A stretch of DNA of 64,000 nt from an uncultured virus (IMG/VR IMGVR_UViG_3300035501_001058) (lineage: Duplodnaviria; Heunggongvirae; Uroviricota; Caudoviricetes): IMG/VR virus record IMGVR_UViG_3300035501_001058; one strand, given 5' to 3'. The position numbers were made by a program, and so were the translations under genes. Positions within the stretch are counted from its first letter, which is position 1, and each line of letters starts with the position of its first letter. The notes under the pieces were generated by a model. That model searched no databases. It was not told where the DNA came from and saw only the letters and a list, made by a program, of their open reading frames with translations. This document shows positions 1 to 9,334 of the stretch, piece by piece.

Positions 1-56
1 GTAGTGTTTGTTTTTTATATAATAGAAAATTGAATTTTCTACTATATTTTATATAT

Positions 57-127
57 AGGGGATTGGTCAAATGGTATGATAGGGGTCTCCAAAACCTTTG
101 GTGGGAGTTCGATTCTCTCATCCCCTG
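57..127 (+). tRNA. tRNA-Trp(CCA)
   Basis: Full cloverleaf: acceptor AGGGGAT/ATCCCCT, D arm GTCA/TGAT, anticodon arm GGGGT-CTCCAAA-ACCTT (anticodon CCA), T arm GGGAG-TTCGATT-CTCTC, discriminator G. No encoded 3' CCA. Confidence 0.95.
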
Positions 128-142
128 TTTGATTAGAAAGTT

Positions 143-186
143 AAAAGTCTGAGAAGTTACTAAAATCAAGCTTCTCAGACTTTTTT
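143..186 (+). terminator. Intrinsic terminator-like hairpin after the tRNA
   Basis: AAAAGTCTGAGAAG-14 nt-CTTCTCAGACTTTT followed by T run. Confidence 0.75.
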
Positions 187-353
187 ATTTTTACACAAAT
201 TTTAAGGTAATCAAAAGAGTAATCAAGATAGTTTTAATAGTTAAGAAAGGAGATTTTCTAGTGATGTAGGTTATCTTGATTAAAAATAAACCGAATATAG
301 GTAACAGCTGCTTTATTAATAACTATTATGAATAGAGTTCAGGAGGAATAGCT

Positions 354-626
354 ATGAACGAGCAAAAGTTTAGATATAGCATCTATGTATATGAAGAATT
401 CTCAAAAGAGGAGATACTTGCTCAAATAAATGTAAATAAGTCTACAGCTTTATTTAGTATGGCCAGGCAAGTGCTTACATTTTATGATGGATGCAGATAT
501 GAGATTGTGGACAATGAACTTAGTAAGACTATTTCTGGTGGTATCTTTACAGGAAAATCTTTAGTGCTACTAAAAGAGCTTCTCGGAATGAATAATAGGA
601 GGGAAATTTATGGGGGTAAGAACTGA
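354..626 (+). CDS. Hypothetical protein
   Basis: ORF with AGGAGG RBS; no recognised motif. Confidence 0.75.
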   Translation: MNEQKFRYSIYVYEEFSKEEILAQINVNKSTALFSMARQVLTFYDGCRYEIVDNELSKTISGGIFTGKSLVLLKELLGMNNRREIYGGKN

Positions 627-987
627 ACACAGTAGTCATAAAGCCATAAGATTAATTCATGAACTAGAAGATGGTGTGTTAATTGAAAGATTGGATATCC
701 ATTTAGGAGCTAATGAAACTATAAGTACGCTTAATAGTTATATTAGTACTTTAAGAGGTCTAATTAGTGAATTAGATAAGGTTTTATATGAGGGAGCATC
801 GATTACGGGTAGTATATGGCATAAGTTAAATGGTTTTTCTGTCAGTGCTTCAGAATTAACAGAAAAACAGCTTCTTGAGGTTATAGCAGAATGCAGATAT
901 TATTTGCAGATACTATTAGACAAAGTTATTGATGAAAAGATTGAACGTACATGGGTTAGAACTGTATACACTGGACCATTATACTGA
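610..987 (+). CDS. Hypothetical protein
   Basis: ORF overlapping the previous gene, GGAGG RBS. Confidence 0.75.
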   Translation: MGVRTEHSSHKAIRLIHELEDGVLIERLDIHLGANETISTLNSYISTLRGLISELDKVLYEGASITGSIWHKLNGFSVSASELTEKQLLEVIAECRYYLQILLDKVIDEKIERTWVRTVYTGPLY

Positions 988-999
988 TTGGAGAAAATT

Positions 1000-1335
1000 A
1001 TGAGTATAGAAGTTGTAAAAAGATACCGAACATTCTTAGCGCTCTTACAAGAATTGGGTAGCGTCGATTTTGAAGTTGTTGTATGTAATCAAGAAGTACC
1101 GTACACAATTACTTGGGATACAGATACTAAATTTACAGAAGTTTGCATGAAAAGATTTGGTAATCTACTTAAAAGTCCTATAAAGGTTACTATCGATACA
1201 TACAACAAGCAACCAGTACATGTTGTAGTTCTAAATGATAAATTAGATTATGCAGAGTGCTGTAGGTACTTTGAGATTTTGTGTGGATACTGTAGTGAAG
1301 AAGTTTTTGAAGAGATAACTGGTATCAAAGATTAG
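1000..1335 (+). CDS. Hypothetical protein
   Basis: ORF; start moved to ATG 1000 after GGAG. Confidence 0.7.
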   Translation: MSIEVVKRYRTFLALLQELGSVDFEVVVCNQEVPYTITWDTDTKFTEVCMKRFGNLLKSPIKVTIDTYNKQPVHVVVLNDKLDYAECCRYFEILCGYCSEEVFEEITGIKD

Positions 1336-1390
1336 GTAGTAGCCATTAGAGTAAATTTTAATGGCTACTTTTATGTATGGAGGTAAAATA

Positions 1391-1645
1391 GTGGATAAAA
1401 ATCTAATAGTGGAGAAAGCACTTGATAATATTGCTACTATAAATTGTTTTATTGATTTAATGGAGAAAAATGGTTTTGTAGTGGAAAATAACGCAATCTT
1501 TAGTTTGATTGACAATTCAATACAAATAATTTTTGAAACTTTGGAGATTCCAGAAGATGAGCAAGAATTACTGAGAGCTAAATTAGGTGCTGTAGATAAA
1601 ACACATAAAGAAAATGAATTGCTATATTTAGTAACAAGATATTAG
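1391..1645 (+). CDS. Hypothetical protein
   Basis: ORF; GTG 1391 follows GGAGGT. Confidence 0.65.
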   Translation: MDKNLIVEKALDNIATINCFIDLMEKNGFVVENNAIFSLIDNSIQIIFETLEIPEDEQELLRAKLGAVDKTHKENELLYLVTRY

Positions 1646-1693
1646 GAGGTATAGAAAAATGAATAAAGTAGTTTCAAAAGAGAAGGCTGTGAT

Positions 1694-2404
1694 GTGATGA
1701 AAAGTTTAGAATATAGAAGGCATTTGATTTACAGGGCAGTATTGAAAAAATTTTTTAATATGATGTGTGCCTTGTGTATAATATCTTTTGTGTTTTGTAG
1801 TTGCGATTATAGCCTAAATATAAAGGAAGAAAAAATTCTTTTTTCTAAATTTACGCAGGATGAAAGAAAAGAGTACATAGCAGATTATTTGATGACAAAT
1901 TATCATGAGAGTTATGACATATCTGAAGTGAAAAAGAGACAAATAGATGCTATTAGAAATGAAGAAGATTATTATGCAATAGCTACTGACCCAAATGGAA
2001 ATATGATAGATATTTGGGTAAGTAATTATGGAGAAATAACAGATGATAAATTTCTCTTAGATGTACAGAATAAAATAGAAACAAAATTTACAGAAATCAT
2101 AAAAAAGGAATTTACAGAATGTGATATTTCATGTTCAGCATATCTAGATAGCCCCCCAAGCAGAAAATGGGATAACAGTAGTGATATCGATGATATATTT
2201 GATGTAGAAGATGTATACATTTATGTTAGAGTATTTATTAGTGATGCTTACAATAGAATAAATGAGAATTTGCTTAATGAAATAAAGAATCAATTAAATT
2301 TCTGTAATGGCAGATTGTTCATATATGAATGTAATAATACATCAGATATGGAAGAGTTTGATTATTCTGATTATAGTTTCTATGTTGATTTTACAAAGGA
2401 ATAA
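1694..2404 (+). CDS. Putative lipoprotein or exported acidic protein (start uncertain)
   Basis: Hydrophobic stretch ending FCSC (lipobox-like), then an acidic domain. Confidence 0.6.
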   Translation: MMKSLEYRRHLIYRAVLKKFFNMMCALCIISFVFCSCDYSLNIKEEKILFSKFTQDERKEYIADYLMTNYHESYDISEVKKRQIDAIRNEEDYYAIATDPNGNMIDIWVSNYGEITDDKFLLDVQNKIETKFTEIIKKEFTECDISCSAYLDSPPSRKWDNSSDIDDIFDVEDVYIYVRVFISDAYNRINENLLNEIKNQLNFCNGRLFIYECNNTSDMEEFDYSDYSFYVDFTKE

Positions 2405-2408
2405 GAAT

Positions 2409-2843
2409 ATGAGGCTAAGGAAAATGCTTAATGTAATATTTTCATTATTTTTTGTTATGGCAATTATTTTATTAGCTATAACTGCAATTTTATATGGTGT
2501 AGAAATAAAGAAGAAAGAATCATATAAGGAATATATTGGTGTTATAACAGATTTTTATAAAGACACCAATATAGCAATGCTCAATGACTATGATAATACT
2601 TTAATATCGCCAGTCATTGAATATGAAGTCGATGGTGAGAAATATAAATTCAAAGGAAATTATTATAATACAAACATGAAAAAAGGTGATGAAATTACTA
2701 TTTTATATGATGTAAATGATTACTCGAAAGCAATAATAGAGAGTGGTTTATTTTTTGCCCCTATTGTAACTGGCGTTATAGGAATAACTTTTTTAATTAT
2801 CGCAGGAGCTTATTTTATAGTGAAAGCAGTAGGGATAATATAA
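2409..2843 (+). CDS. DUF3592-like membrane protein
   Basis: TM, beta domain (PVIEYEVDGEKY...GDEITILYD), TM; pattern typical of DUF3592. Confidence 0.7.
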   Translation: MRLRKMLNVIFSLFFVMAIILLAITAILYGVEIKKKESYKEYIGVITDFYKDTNIAMLNDYDNTLISPVIEYEVDGEKYKFKGNYYNTNMKKGDEITILYDVNDYSKAIIESGLFFAPIVTGVIGITFLIIAGAYFIVKAVGII

Positions 2844-2863
2844 TAATATAGGAGGTATAAAAA

Positions 2864-3277
2864 ATGAATAAAGTAATTTTAATTGGGCGGTTAACAAGAG
2901 ACCCTGAAATAAGGTATTCGCAGGGGAGTGAACAGATGTGTATTGCCCGCTACACATTAGCAGTAGATAGACGTTTTAAGAAAGAAGGAGATCAGCAGGC
3001 TGATTTTATTAACTGCGTTGCTTTTGGTAAAAATGGAGAATTTGCTGAGAAGTATTTAAAGCAAGGTATAAAAATTGCAGTTACTGGTAGAATACAAACT
3101 GGAAGTTATACTAATAGAGAAGGCAATAAGGTATACACTACTGATATTGTAGTCGAGGAACATGAGTTTGTAGAAAGTAAAGCAGCTAGTCAGCAGCATA
3201 CAACTAACACTGGTGTAACACCGGATGGCTTTATGCAGATACCTGAGGGTATCGAAGATGATCTTCCATTTAAGTAA
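2864..3277 (+). CDS. ssb: Single-stranded DNA-binding protein
   Basis: MNKVILIGRLTRDPE start, ADFINCVAFGK, GRIQTGSY and acidic DDLPF tail. Confidence 0.97.
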   Translation: MNKVILIGRLTRDPEIRYSQGSEQMCIARYTLAVDRRFKKEGDQQADFINCVAFGKNGEFAEKYLKQGIKIAVTGRIQTGSYTNREGNKVYTTDIVVEEHEFVESKAASQQHTTNTGVTPDGFMQIPEGIEDDLPFK

Positions 3278-3288
3278 GAGGATTTAGT

Positions 3289-3444
3289 ATGAAAGAAATG
3301 ATATATCGAGATTTTAAGATAAAGCAATATGGCGATACATTGAGAATATTTGATAAATATGATAATTATGTAAAAACCTTAGAGATAGTAAATTGGAATG
3401 CAGCAAAACGTAAGGTCGATTCTATTATTGCAAATAATAAATAA
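3289..3444 (+). CDS. Small hypothetical protein (51 aa)
   Basis: Read by eye: MKEMIYRDFKIK...IIANNK*, GAGG RBS, fills the gap before a terminator. Confidence 0.6.
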   Translation: MKEMIYRDFKIKQYGDTLRIFDKYDNYVKTLEIVNWNAAKRKVDSIIANNK

Positions 3445-3458
3445 AATATTAAATTGTT

Positions 3459-3491
3459 GAGCTATAGTGTAAAAGCTATAGCTCTTCTTTG
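3459..3491 (+). terminator. Conserved-core hairpin (AGTGTAAAAGCT family)
   Basis: GAGCTAT-AGTGTAAAAGCT-ATAGCTC then TTCTTT. Confidence 0.75.
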
Positions 3492-3515
3492 TTAAGCTAA
3501 TTAGGAGGTAATACG

Positions 3516-4235
3516 ATGTATAGAAGAGAAGAACTTTCTGAATGTGAACTAATGATCATGAAGTGCGTTTGGGATGCTAACAAACCAATATCATGTTATG
3601 AAATAATGGAACAATTAAGAATAAAATATGGGCTTGAATATAAGGATACAACAGTATACACTTTCTTGAGTAATTTAAAAAAGAAAGGTTTTGTAAAATC
3701 TTTCCGTAAGGGAGTTACTTTTTATGAACCTGCGAGGGATATGGAAGAGTTTAGAGATACCCAGATTGAAAAAATGGAAGAGTTTTGGGGAATCGAGATA
3801 GAAGATGCAAGTTCCGGTAAAGACCGTAATAAAATTAAGCCTGTAAAAAACACATTTAACAATCAGCTAGGTCATAGTGAGGCAGATATACGACATATAC
3901 AAAAAGCAGTAGACTATCTTGTTTCTCTAGAGGGTAAACTACAGCATGGTCTGCTTTGTAATTTCCCTATTAAAGTAGGAGACAAGGTACAACTTGATTT
4001 ACAGTGTAAGCAGATATTAAGAAATATGAATAGCTCAGATGGTGCTCTTTCCTGCCCATTTAGTGAAGAATGCAATTACGAATGCGATTGTGATAACCAT
4101 ACACAAACATTTATAGGAACTGTTGAATGTATTATGAATGAGGGTTACGGATGGTATTTCACTATTAAAGAGTCAACAGAGCTATATTCTATGGAATCAG
4201 TTGGGGTAACTATTAAAGTAATTAGGGAGGAATAG
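3516..4235 (+). CDS. BlaI/MecI/CopY-family wHTH regulator fused to a Cys-rich domain
   Basis: LSECELMIMKCVW...TTVYTFLSNLKKKGFV is the BlaI pattern; C-terminal half has PIKVGDKV and CPF...C.Y.C.C. Confidence 0.8.
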   Translation: MYRREELSECELMIMKCVWDANKPISCYEIMEQLRIKYGLEYKDTTVYTFLSNLKKKGFVKSFRKGVTFYEPARDMEEFRDTQIEKMEEFWGIEIEDASSGKDRNKIKPVKNTFNNQLGHSEADIRHIQKAVDYLVSLEGKLQHGLLCNFPIKVGDKVQLDLQCKQILRNMNSSDGALSCPFSEECNYECDCDNHTQTFIGTVECIMNEGYGWYFTIKESTELYSMESVGVTIKVIREE

Positions 4236-4237
4236 AA

Positions 4238-4840
4238 ATGCAGCTTATAAGGCGAGTACTAACAATACTGTACTTGATTGTTAATGCCTTTATAATTAGT
4301 ATATTATGGCTTTTACTATGCAATAATGTTTTTAATTGCACAACGAATAGAATAGTCTTTAGTTTAATGTTGATTGTATTTTTTATCATAATCACATTTA
4401 TTTTTTCTAAATATTATGATTATATTAAAGGTAGTTATTACTTAGAAGATTCTATTGATAGTACAAGAGATAGCTTACATTTAGAAAATGAAGATCCTTC
4501 AGCTTTAGACAAAGAGTTATGGAATTCATGTAGACTATATCTTTCGAGGATATTATACAATAATGAAGGTAATTTAGCAGGAATGGAGTACTTCAAGTTA
4601 GGTGCCTTTGAACAAGATGAAGCAGAGTGCCCTTTTGAGATTTCAACATCTAAAGAGTTCTTAACCGGATGGTTAATTTTTGATTTGCAATCAGAAAAGG
4701 TTATAATAGAGGGTGAATACAGTAGTGAAGAGCTAAAAACTATTGCAAAAGAGTTTACTGCATATTGTGTAGCTAATTCTATTGGTAGAAATGAATTAGA
4801 TTTCAAACATTTAGATGAAGCCGCTGAAGATGAAAGATAA
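4238..4840 (+). CDS. Membrane protein (two N-terminal TM helices)
   Basis: Two hydrophobic segments then an acidic soluble domain. Confidence 0.7.
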   Translation: MQLIRRVLTILYLIVNAFIISILWLLLCNNVFNCTTNRIVFSLMLIVFFIIITFIFSKYYDYIKGSYYLEDSIDSTRDSLHLENEDPSALDKELWNSCRLYLSRILYNNEGNLAGMEYFKLGAFEQDEAECPFEISTSKEFLTGWLIFDLQSEKVIIEGEYSSEELKTIAKEFTAYCVANSIGRNELDFKHLDEAAEDER

Positions 4841-4854
4841 GGAGGAAAACGCTA

Positions 4855-5202
4855 ATGGCAGAGAATAACTATAAGAAACTTATTCATTTCAATAAGTGGG
4901 TCGATTATTTCATTTGTAGGCAACATTATTTTGATTATGATGAATGGACACATAAGCATTACATAAAGTGTAAAGCTAAAGGCATAGATATTCAGGACGC
5001 TGACTCCTATTCTGTCTTATCAAAATATTTTGGTGTTGAACTTACGAAAAAGGAGTTTAATACTATTATGGCATGCCTAGAAGAAAATGATAGATGTGCT
5101 TTTGACGTGAATGAGCGAGATTGTGAAGAAGTACTACTTAATTGTATAGTAGATAATAACTTACCGTTACTTACGCAGGAAGAAATGTTAGAAGTAATAT
5201 AA
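4855..5202 (+). CDS. Hypothetical protein
   Basis: ORF with AGGAGG RBS. Confidence 0.75.
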   Translation: MAENNYKKLIHFNKWVDYFICRQHYFDYDEWTHKHYIKCKAKGIDIQDADSYSVLSKYFGVELTKKEFNTIMACLEENDRCAFDVNERDCEEVLLNCIVDNNLPLLTQEEMLEVI

Positions 5203-5210
5203 AGTTTTTA

Positions 5211-5239
5211 TTGAAATGCACTTAAGTGTATTTTATAAT
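5211..5239 (+). promoter_or_regulatory. SigA-like promoter of the AbiEii-like module
   Basis: TTGAAA-17 bp-TATAAT, 20 bp upstream of ATG 5259. Confidence 0.6.
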
Positions 5240-5258
5240 CTCAGACAGGAGGTATAAT

Positions 5259-6122
5259 ATGTTTAAGGATTTAGACACAATGGATTTATTTGGTTCAGTT
5301 GAGCATGCTGATGATAATTCAGATTTGGAGTTACCTAATATAGTGCAAGGTGCTACAAACACCGAAATTTTAAATTACTTAGCTTTGGTAACTGCTCGTA
5401 ATCTGGAAATAAAGAAAGCATTTAAGGGTGGATATATGCTAAATCAGTTACTTGGTGCTGATAGTAGAATGACGCATGATATTGACTTTTCTATAATGAA
5501 TGACGAATATTATAGTAAAGTTAAAGCTATTCTTGAAGCTATTGCGGAAAAGTTTATGAGTGCTAATATAATCGCTTCTTATAAAATTAAAGACAGTATC
5601 AGTCCCACATCATCAGGAGGCATAGATATGTATGATGCAACGGGTAAAAAGATATTTGGTGTTGATGTTGGGTTGCATAATTTACTATACGGAACCACTA
5701 ATTATAAGATAGATATTGGAGAAGTAGAGGCCTTTAGTATAGAACGTATGTTATCAGATAAACTATTAGCTATACTATCAAGAAAACGCTTTAGACGAAC
5801 TAAGGATTTATACGATTTTTATGTAATAACGAACCATTTTGATTTTGATTATGAAAAATTATTATACTGTATTAATAATAGAGATAACTATGATCCTTCT
5901 GTGTGGAATAATATACCTTTTTCTGATACAGTTTTAGTTGAATATGAGAAAGCCTGGGACAAGTTAAATCTAATGAATGGTATAAATGGAGCAGGTATAC
6001 TTAAACCTCCATTTTCAAATTGTGTAGCACGGGTTACACTAATAGCTTTAGCAATAAAAAATGGTGAAAAGCATGGTTATTGGAGTCATACAGATTATGG
6101 ATGGTGTAGCTATGAATGGTGA
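5259..6122 (+). CDS. AbiEii/AbiGii-family nucleotidyltransferase (type IV TA toxin-like)
   Basis: FKGG...R.T.DIDF motif, E.MLSDKL.A and R.KDLYD motifs; AGGAGG RBS. Confidence 0.85.
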   Translation: MFKDLDTMDLFGSVEHADDNSDLELPNIVQGATNTEILNYLALVTARNLEIKKAFKGGYMLNQLLGADSRMTHDIDFSIMNDEYYSKVKAILEAIAEKFMSANIIASYKIKDSISPTSSGGIDMYDATGKKIFGVDVGLHNLLYGTTNYKIDIGEVEAFSIERMLSDKLLAILSRKRFRRTKDLYDFYVITNHFDFDYEKLLYCINNRDNYDPSVWNNIPFSDTVLVEYEKAWDKLNLMNGINGAGILKPPFSNCVARVTLIALAIKNGEKHGYWSHTDYGWCSYEW

Positions 6123-6546
6123 TTATATTTATGATAATGAAATAAAAGAAACTCGTGTAATGTGTGCACAATGTGCTTTTGCAAGGCAGGGGCTAATATA
6201 TTGGATAGGCCCACATTTAGACTTATGGACATATTATTCATCTATAGATGGGCTTAACACTAGTGCAGTGAGATACTTATATAATAAAAATATAGATTAT
6301 GAATATGAGGTACAGCCATACTTCACAAATCCTAATCTTTTGCTTCCGTCAAAAGAACGTGCAATTGTGGAGTACATAAAGTGTGAACGTTGGTGCGATG
6401 AAGGCACATTAATTGAGGGCTTGAAAACATACTTAGATCAATTTTGCGATATGGAGCATCTATACGAAGTCGCAGAATTCTTCAAATTAGATAAACCTAT
6501 ACTTGATTATTGGATTAAGGAAGCACTTGAAGATGAAGAGATTTAA
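6112..6546 (+). CDS. Putative partner or antitoxin (AbiEi C-terminal-like)
   Basis: Overlaps the toxin gene; PSKERAIVEYI resembles the AbiEi ERTxxD motif. Confidence 0.55.
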   Translation: MNGDYIYDNEIKETRVMCAQCAFARQGLIYWIGPHLDLWTYYSSIDGLNTSAVRYLYNKNIDYEYEVQPYFTNPNLLLPSKERAIVEYIKCERWCDEGTLIEGLKTYLDQFCDMEHLYEVAEFFKLDKPILDYWIKEALEDEEI

Positions 6547-6616
6547 GAAGAATACTACAGTAGAATAGCAGCCGGTGAGACTGTAATTCCAGTAAAACCG
6601 AAATTAGAATTGATAG

Positions 6617-6646
6617 ATAAAAGGTGAGTCTTTACTCACCTTTTAT
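6617..6646 (+). terminator. Intrinsic terminator-like hairpin
   Basis: ATAAAAGGTGAGT-CTTT-ACTCACCTTTTAT. Confidence 0.7.
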
Positions 6647-6670
6647 TATGCAAAAAAAAGGAGAAGATTA

Positions 6671-7276
6671 ATGAAGAAGAGAATGATAGTTGTTAGTTCA
6701 ATTATAGCACTGTTAAGCCTTACAGCATGTTTGGGTAAAGTAAATCCCGATAAATATAAAGATGATGTTAATAGTTTCCTCGAATCAAATTATGATGAAG
6801 CTTTTACATGCACAGGAAGTGAGGTTGTTGATAGTGATAAGGAGCAATATCGATACTATTACAGTACCACCGATAGAGATTTAGATTTTGAAGTTGTGAC
6901 ATACGAAACTGATGATAATAAAATAGCATGTTCTACTACATACTATGATGCTATCTCTAAGCTTTATCAGGAAGATATTGAAAATACTATTAGTGAATGT
7001 AATCTTGATTATAATTCATCCACAAAAAAGTTAGTTGTTAGAGATTATGATAAGGTTGCATCAGCATTAGCAGCATGTAATGCTATTTATAGCGTAGAGA
7101 ACCAATACCATAGTGGAGGAATTTACACAGAAGCACACAGTGCTCTAGATATAGCATTATACAAACCTGACTCAGAAGAATGTATTTTCACGTATAGTAT
7201 TAATGGAACTGATACGGAGGAAGATATTTTATACTATATAGATTTAATGTTTAATGCTAGTGAGGGCAATGAATAA
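6671..7276 (+). CDS. Putative lipoprotein
   Basis: MKKR, hydrophobic helix, LTAC lipobox. Confidence 0.8.
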   Translation: MKKRMIVVSSIIALLSLTACLGKVNPDKYKDDVNSFLESNYDEAFTCTGSEVVDSDKEQYRYYYSTTDRDLDFEVVTYETDDNKIACSTTYYDAISKLYQEDIENTISECNLDYNSSTKKLVVRDYDKVASALAACNAIYSVENQYHSGGIYTEAHSALDIALYKPDSEECIFTYSINGTDTEEDILYYIDLMFNASEGNE

Positions 7277-7833
7277 TGTTGATAAAAAGATTAAAAGCAA
7301 TTGGGTTTATGGTCTTAGGATACTCGCCAATCATAGCAGGAATAATAGTTTTGCTATATATTTGGTGTATTAGATTGCCATATCAAAGCTCATTTTATTA
7401 CTATGATAGCTATGTATACTGTAGTGACTGCCAAGTATCTCTTGGTGCTGATAATAAATTTTGTCCACAGTGTAGTAAAACAATAGAAGAAATTGCATCT
7501 GTTATGGAATACAAGCATTGTTCATTCTGCAATTCAAATGTATTGTACAAGAACGATAGTACTAATTATTGTAAAGAGTGCGGGAAGGAGCTGACAGGAG
7601 GGAATCCAGTAAAGTTAAGCAATCTCGGATTTAGTTCAGTCAAGGACTTTAGAAATGCGAAAACTGAAGATAACACTTATAGATTGATTTCAAATAAGTT
7701 TATTGCAAGTATTATTACAATAATTGTAGTGATAATAGTTTATGGTACAATAAAGCAATCTATGATCAACGCTTTAAATAAAAAGATCATTAAACAGGGA
7801 ATTGCTAATAGTAAAAAAATAAAAGACTACTAG
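7276..7833 (+). CDS. Membrane protein with double zinc-ribbon domain
   Basis: Four CxxC pairs (CSDC, FCPQC, CSFC, YCKECG) between two TM helices. Confidence 0.75.
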   Translation: MLIKRLKAIGFMVLGYSPIIAGIIVLLYIWCIRLPYQSSFYYYDSYVYCSDCQVSLGADNKFCPQCSKTIEEIASVMEYKHCSFCNSNVLYKNDSTNYCKECGKELTGGNPVKLSNLGFSSVKDFRNAKTEDNTYRLISNKFIASIITIIVVIIVYGTIKQSMINALNKKIIKQGIANSKKIKDY

Positions 7834-7919
7834 ACAGAAGATGGAAGTAGGAAATTTAAAAGTTTCCTACTTTATTTATTGTATTGTGAATAGAAAAATG
7901 ATACAAGGAGGAAACATAA

Positions 7920-8081
7920 ATGAAAGCAGTAAAGATAGAATGGGTAGAAAGCAATTCTTATAATGTAAAAGATTTACCAACTGAGATAGTTTTACCTGAT
8001 AATATTGCTGATAAGGATGAAGCTATTGATTATATTTCGGATAATTTCGAGTATGGTTTTTATGATTTTAAATTAGTATAG
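7920..8081 (+). CDS. Small hypothetical protein (53 aa)
   Basis: Read by eye: MKAVKIEW...DLPTEIVLP...AIDYISDNFEYGFYDFKLV*, AGGAGG RBS. Confidence 0.7.
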   Translation: MKAVKIEWVESNSYNVKDLPTEIVLPDNIADKDEAIDYISDNFEYGFYDFKLV

Positions 8082-8226
8082 AAGATGTTCTCAAATTTTT
8101 AAGAGATGATGAAAGTACAAATTTATCCATTTAGAAGGAATGCAATGGAAATATTTGCGGCAGACAAATATCTATAAATTCAGAAATGAAAATATTAAAA
8201 AAACATAATATTATAAGGAGGAAATA

Positions 8227-8442
8227 ATGATAAAAGCAAAAGTGCAGTTATCACTTACTGTTACACTGAATGTAGAAGCTGAAAACGAAGAAAGGCTAGG
8301 AGAGTGGTTAAGTGAAAATACACCAGCTGATGTTATAAAACTTCTTGCTGAAAATGGAAAAAATTATTCATCTAAATGTAGTTATGATGAAGAAATTCTC
8401 CAATTTTTAAGAGATGATAGAGGTGTAGATTTAGTCATTTAG
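8227..8442 (+). CDS. Small hypothetical protein
   Basis: ORF with AAGGAGG RBS. Confidence 0.75.
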   Translation: MIKAKVQLSLTVTLNVEAENEERLGEWLSENTPADVIKLLAENGKNYSSKCSYDEEILQFLRDDRGVDLVI

Positions 8443-8489
8443 AAGGAACACAGTAGAGATATTTGTCTACGACAAATAGTTAAGGTGGC

Positions 8490-8518
8490 TTGCTTTAGAA
8501 AAATACATATGCTAAGAT
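8490..8518 (+). promoter_or_regulatory. SigA-like promoter of the DUF3791/DUF3990 module
   Basis: TTGCTT-17 bp-TAAGAT with extended TG. Confidence 0.5.
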
Positions 8519-8555
8519 ATGTTACATAAATTTGCGATGGAGGTGCTATGATTAG

Positions 8556-8774
8556 GTGAGTAAAGAAACTGAAATAACATTTATGCAAGTAAGATTATTA
8601 AGAATTGCAATTGAAGAGTTACATAAACCTATGCAAGAAGTTCTTGAACTATTTAATCATTATAATATCTTCAATCTTATAGATAATTGCTATGAAATTT
8701 TTCATGTTGAGGGGGATTATGCCATTTTTGAAGAAATTACATCTGTTTTAAAGTGTAAGGGGGCTATTAAATGA
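8556..8774 (+). CDS. DUF3791-like small protein
   Basis: F..Y.I..LI..CYE.FH.EG pattern, adjacent to a DUF3990 gene. Confidence 0.7.
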   Translation: MSKETEITFMQVRLLRIAIEELHKPMQEVLELFNHYNIFNLIDNCYEIFHVEGDYAIFEEITSVLKCKGAIK

Positions 8775-9334
8775 TTCAATTGGAGGAAGGTATGTTACTA
8801 TATCATGGAAGCTATTGTAAGGTTGAGATTCCTGATTTATCAGAATGTAAAGAGCAAAAGGATTTTGGTAAAGGATTTTATTTAACATCATCAGAGGAGC
8901 AAGCAAGACGTTTTATTGTTTCTGCTTTAAATAAGGCAAAAGCTTCTAATAAAATACAGCAAGATCAGAGTTATGGCTTTGTATCTATTTTTCAGTATCA
9001 TGAGGATACAGAAATGCTTAAACATTATTTTAAAACAGCTAATACGAATTGGGTACATTGTATTGCAGGACACAGAAAAAAAGGGATTTTTCCGGAAATA
9101 GTAAGTTCCATGCAAAAGTATGATATAATAGGCGGTAAAATTGCAGATGATGCTACTAATTTTACTTTATTAACTTATCTTGCAGGAGCATATGGTCCAG
9201 TAGGGAGCGTAAACGCGGATAAGATCTGTATAAGTTTATTAAAACCAGAACGCCTAAAAGACCAATTTTGTTTTAGAACAACAGAGAGCTTAAAAAGTTT
9301 AACATTTATAAGGAGTGAACAAATTGATGTATGA
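8771..9334 (+). CDS. DUF3990-family protein (putative ADP-ribosyltransferase-fold toxin)
   Basis: LYHGS, DFGKGFYLT, YDIIGGKIADD and QFCFRT motifs. Confidence 0.85.
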   Translation: MIQLEEGMLLYHGSYCKVEIPDLSECKEQKDFGKGFYLTSSEEQARRFIVSALNKAKASNKIQQDQSYGFVSIFQYHEDTEMLKHYFKTANTNWVHCIAGHRKKGIFPEIVSSMQKYDIIGGKIADDATNFTLLTYLAGAYGPVGSVNADKICISLLKPERLKDQFCFRTTESLKSLTFIRSEQIDV

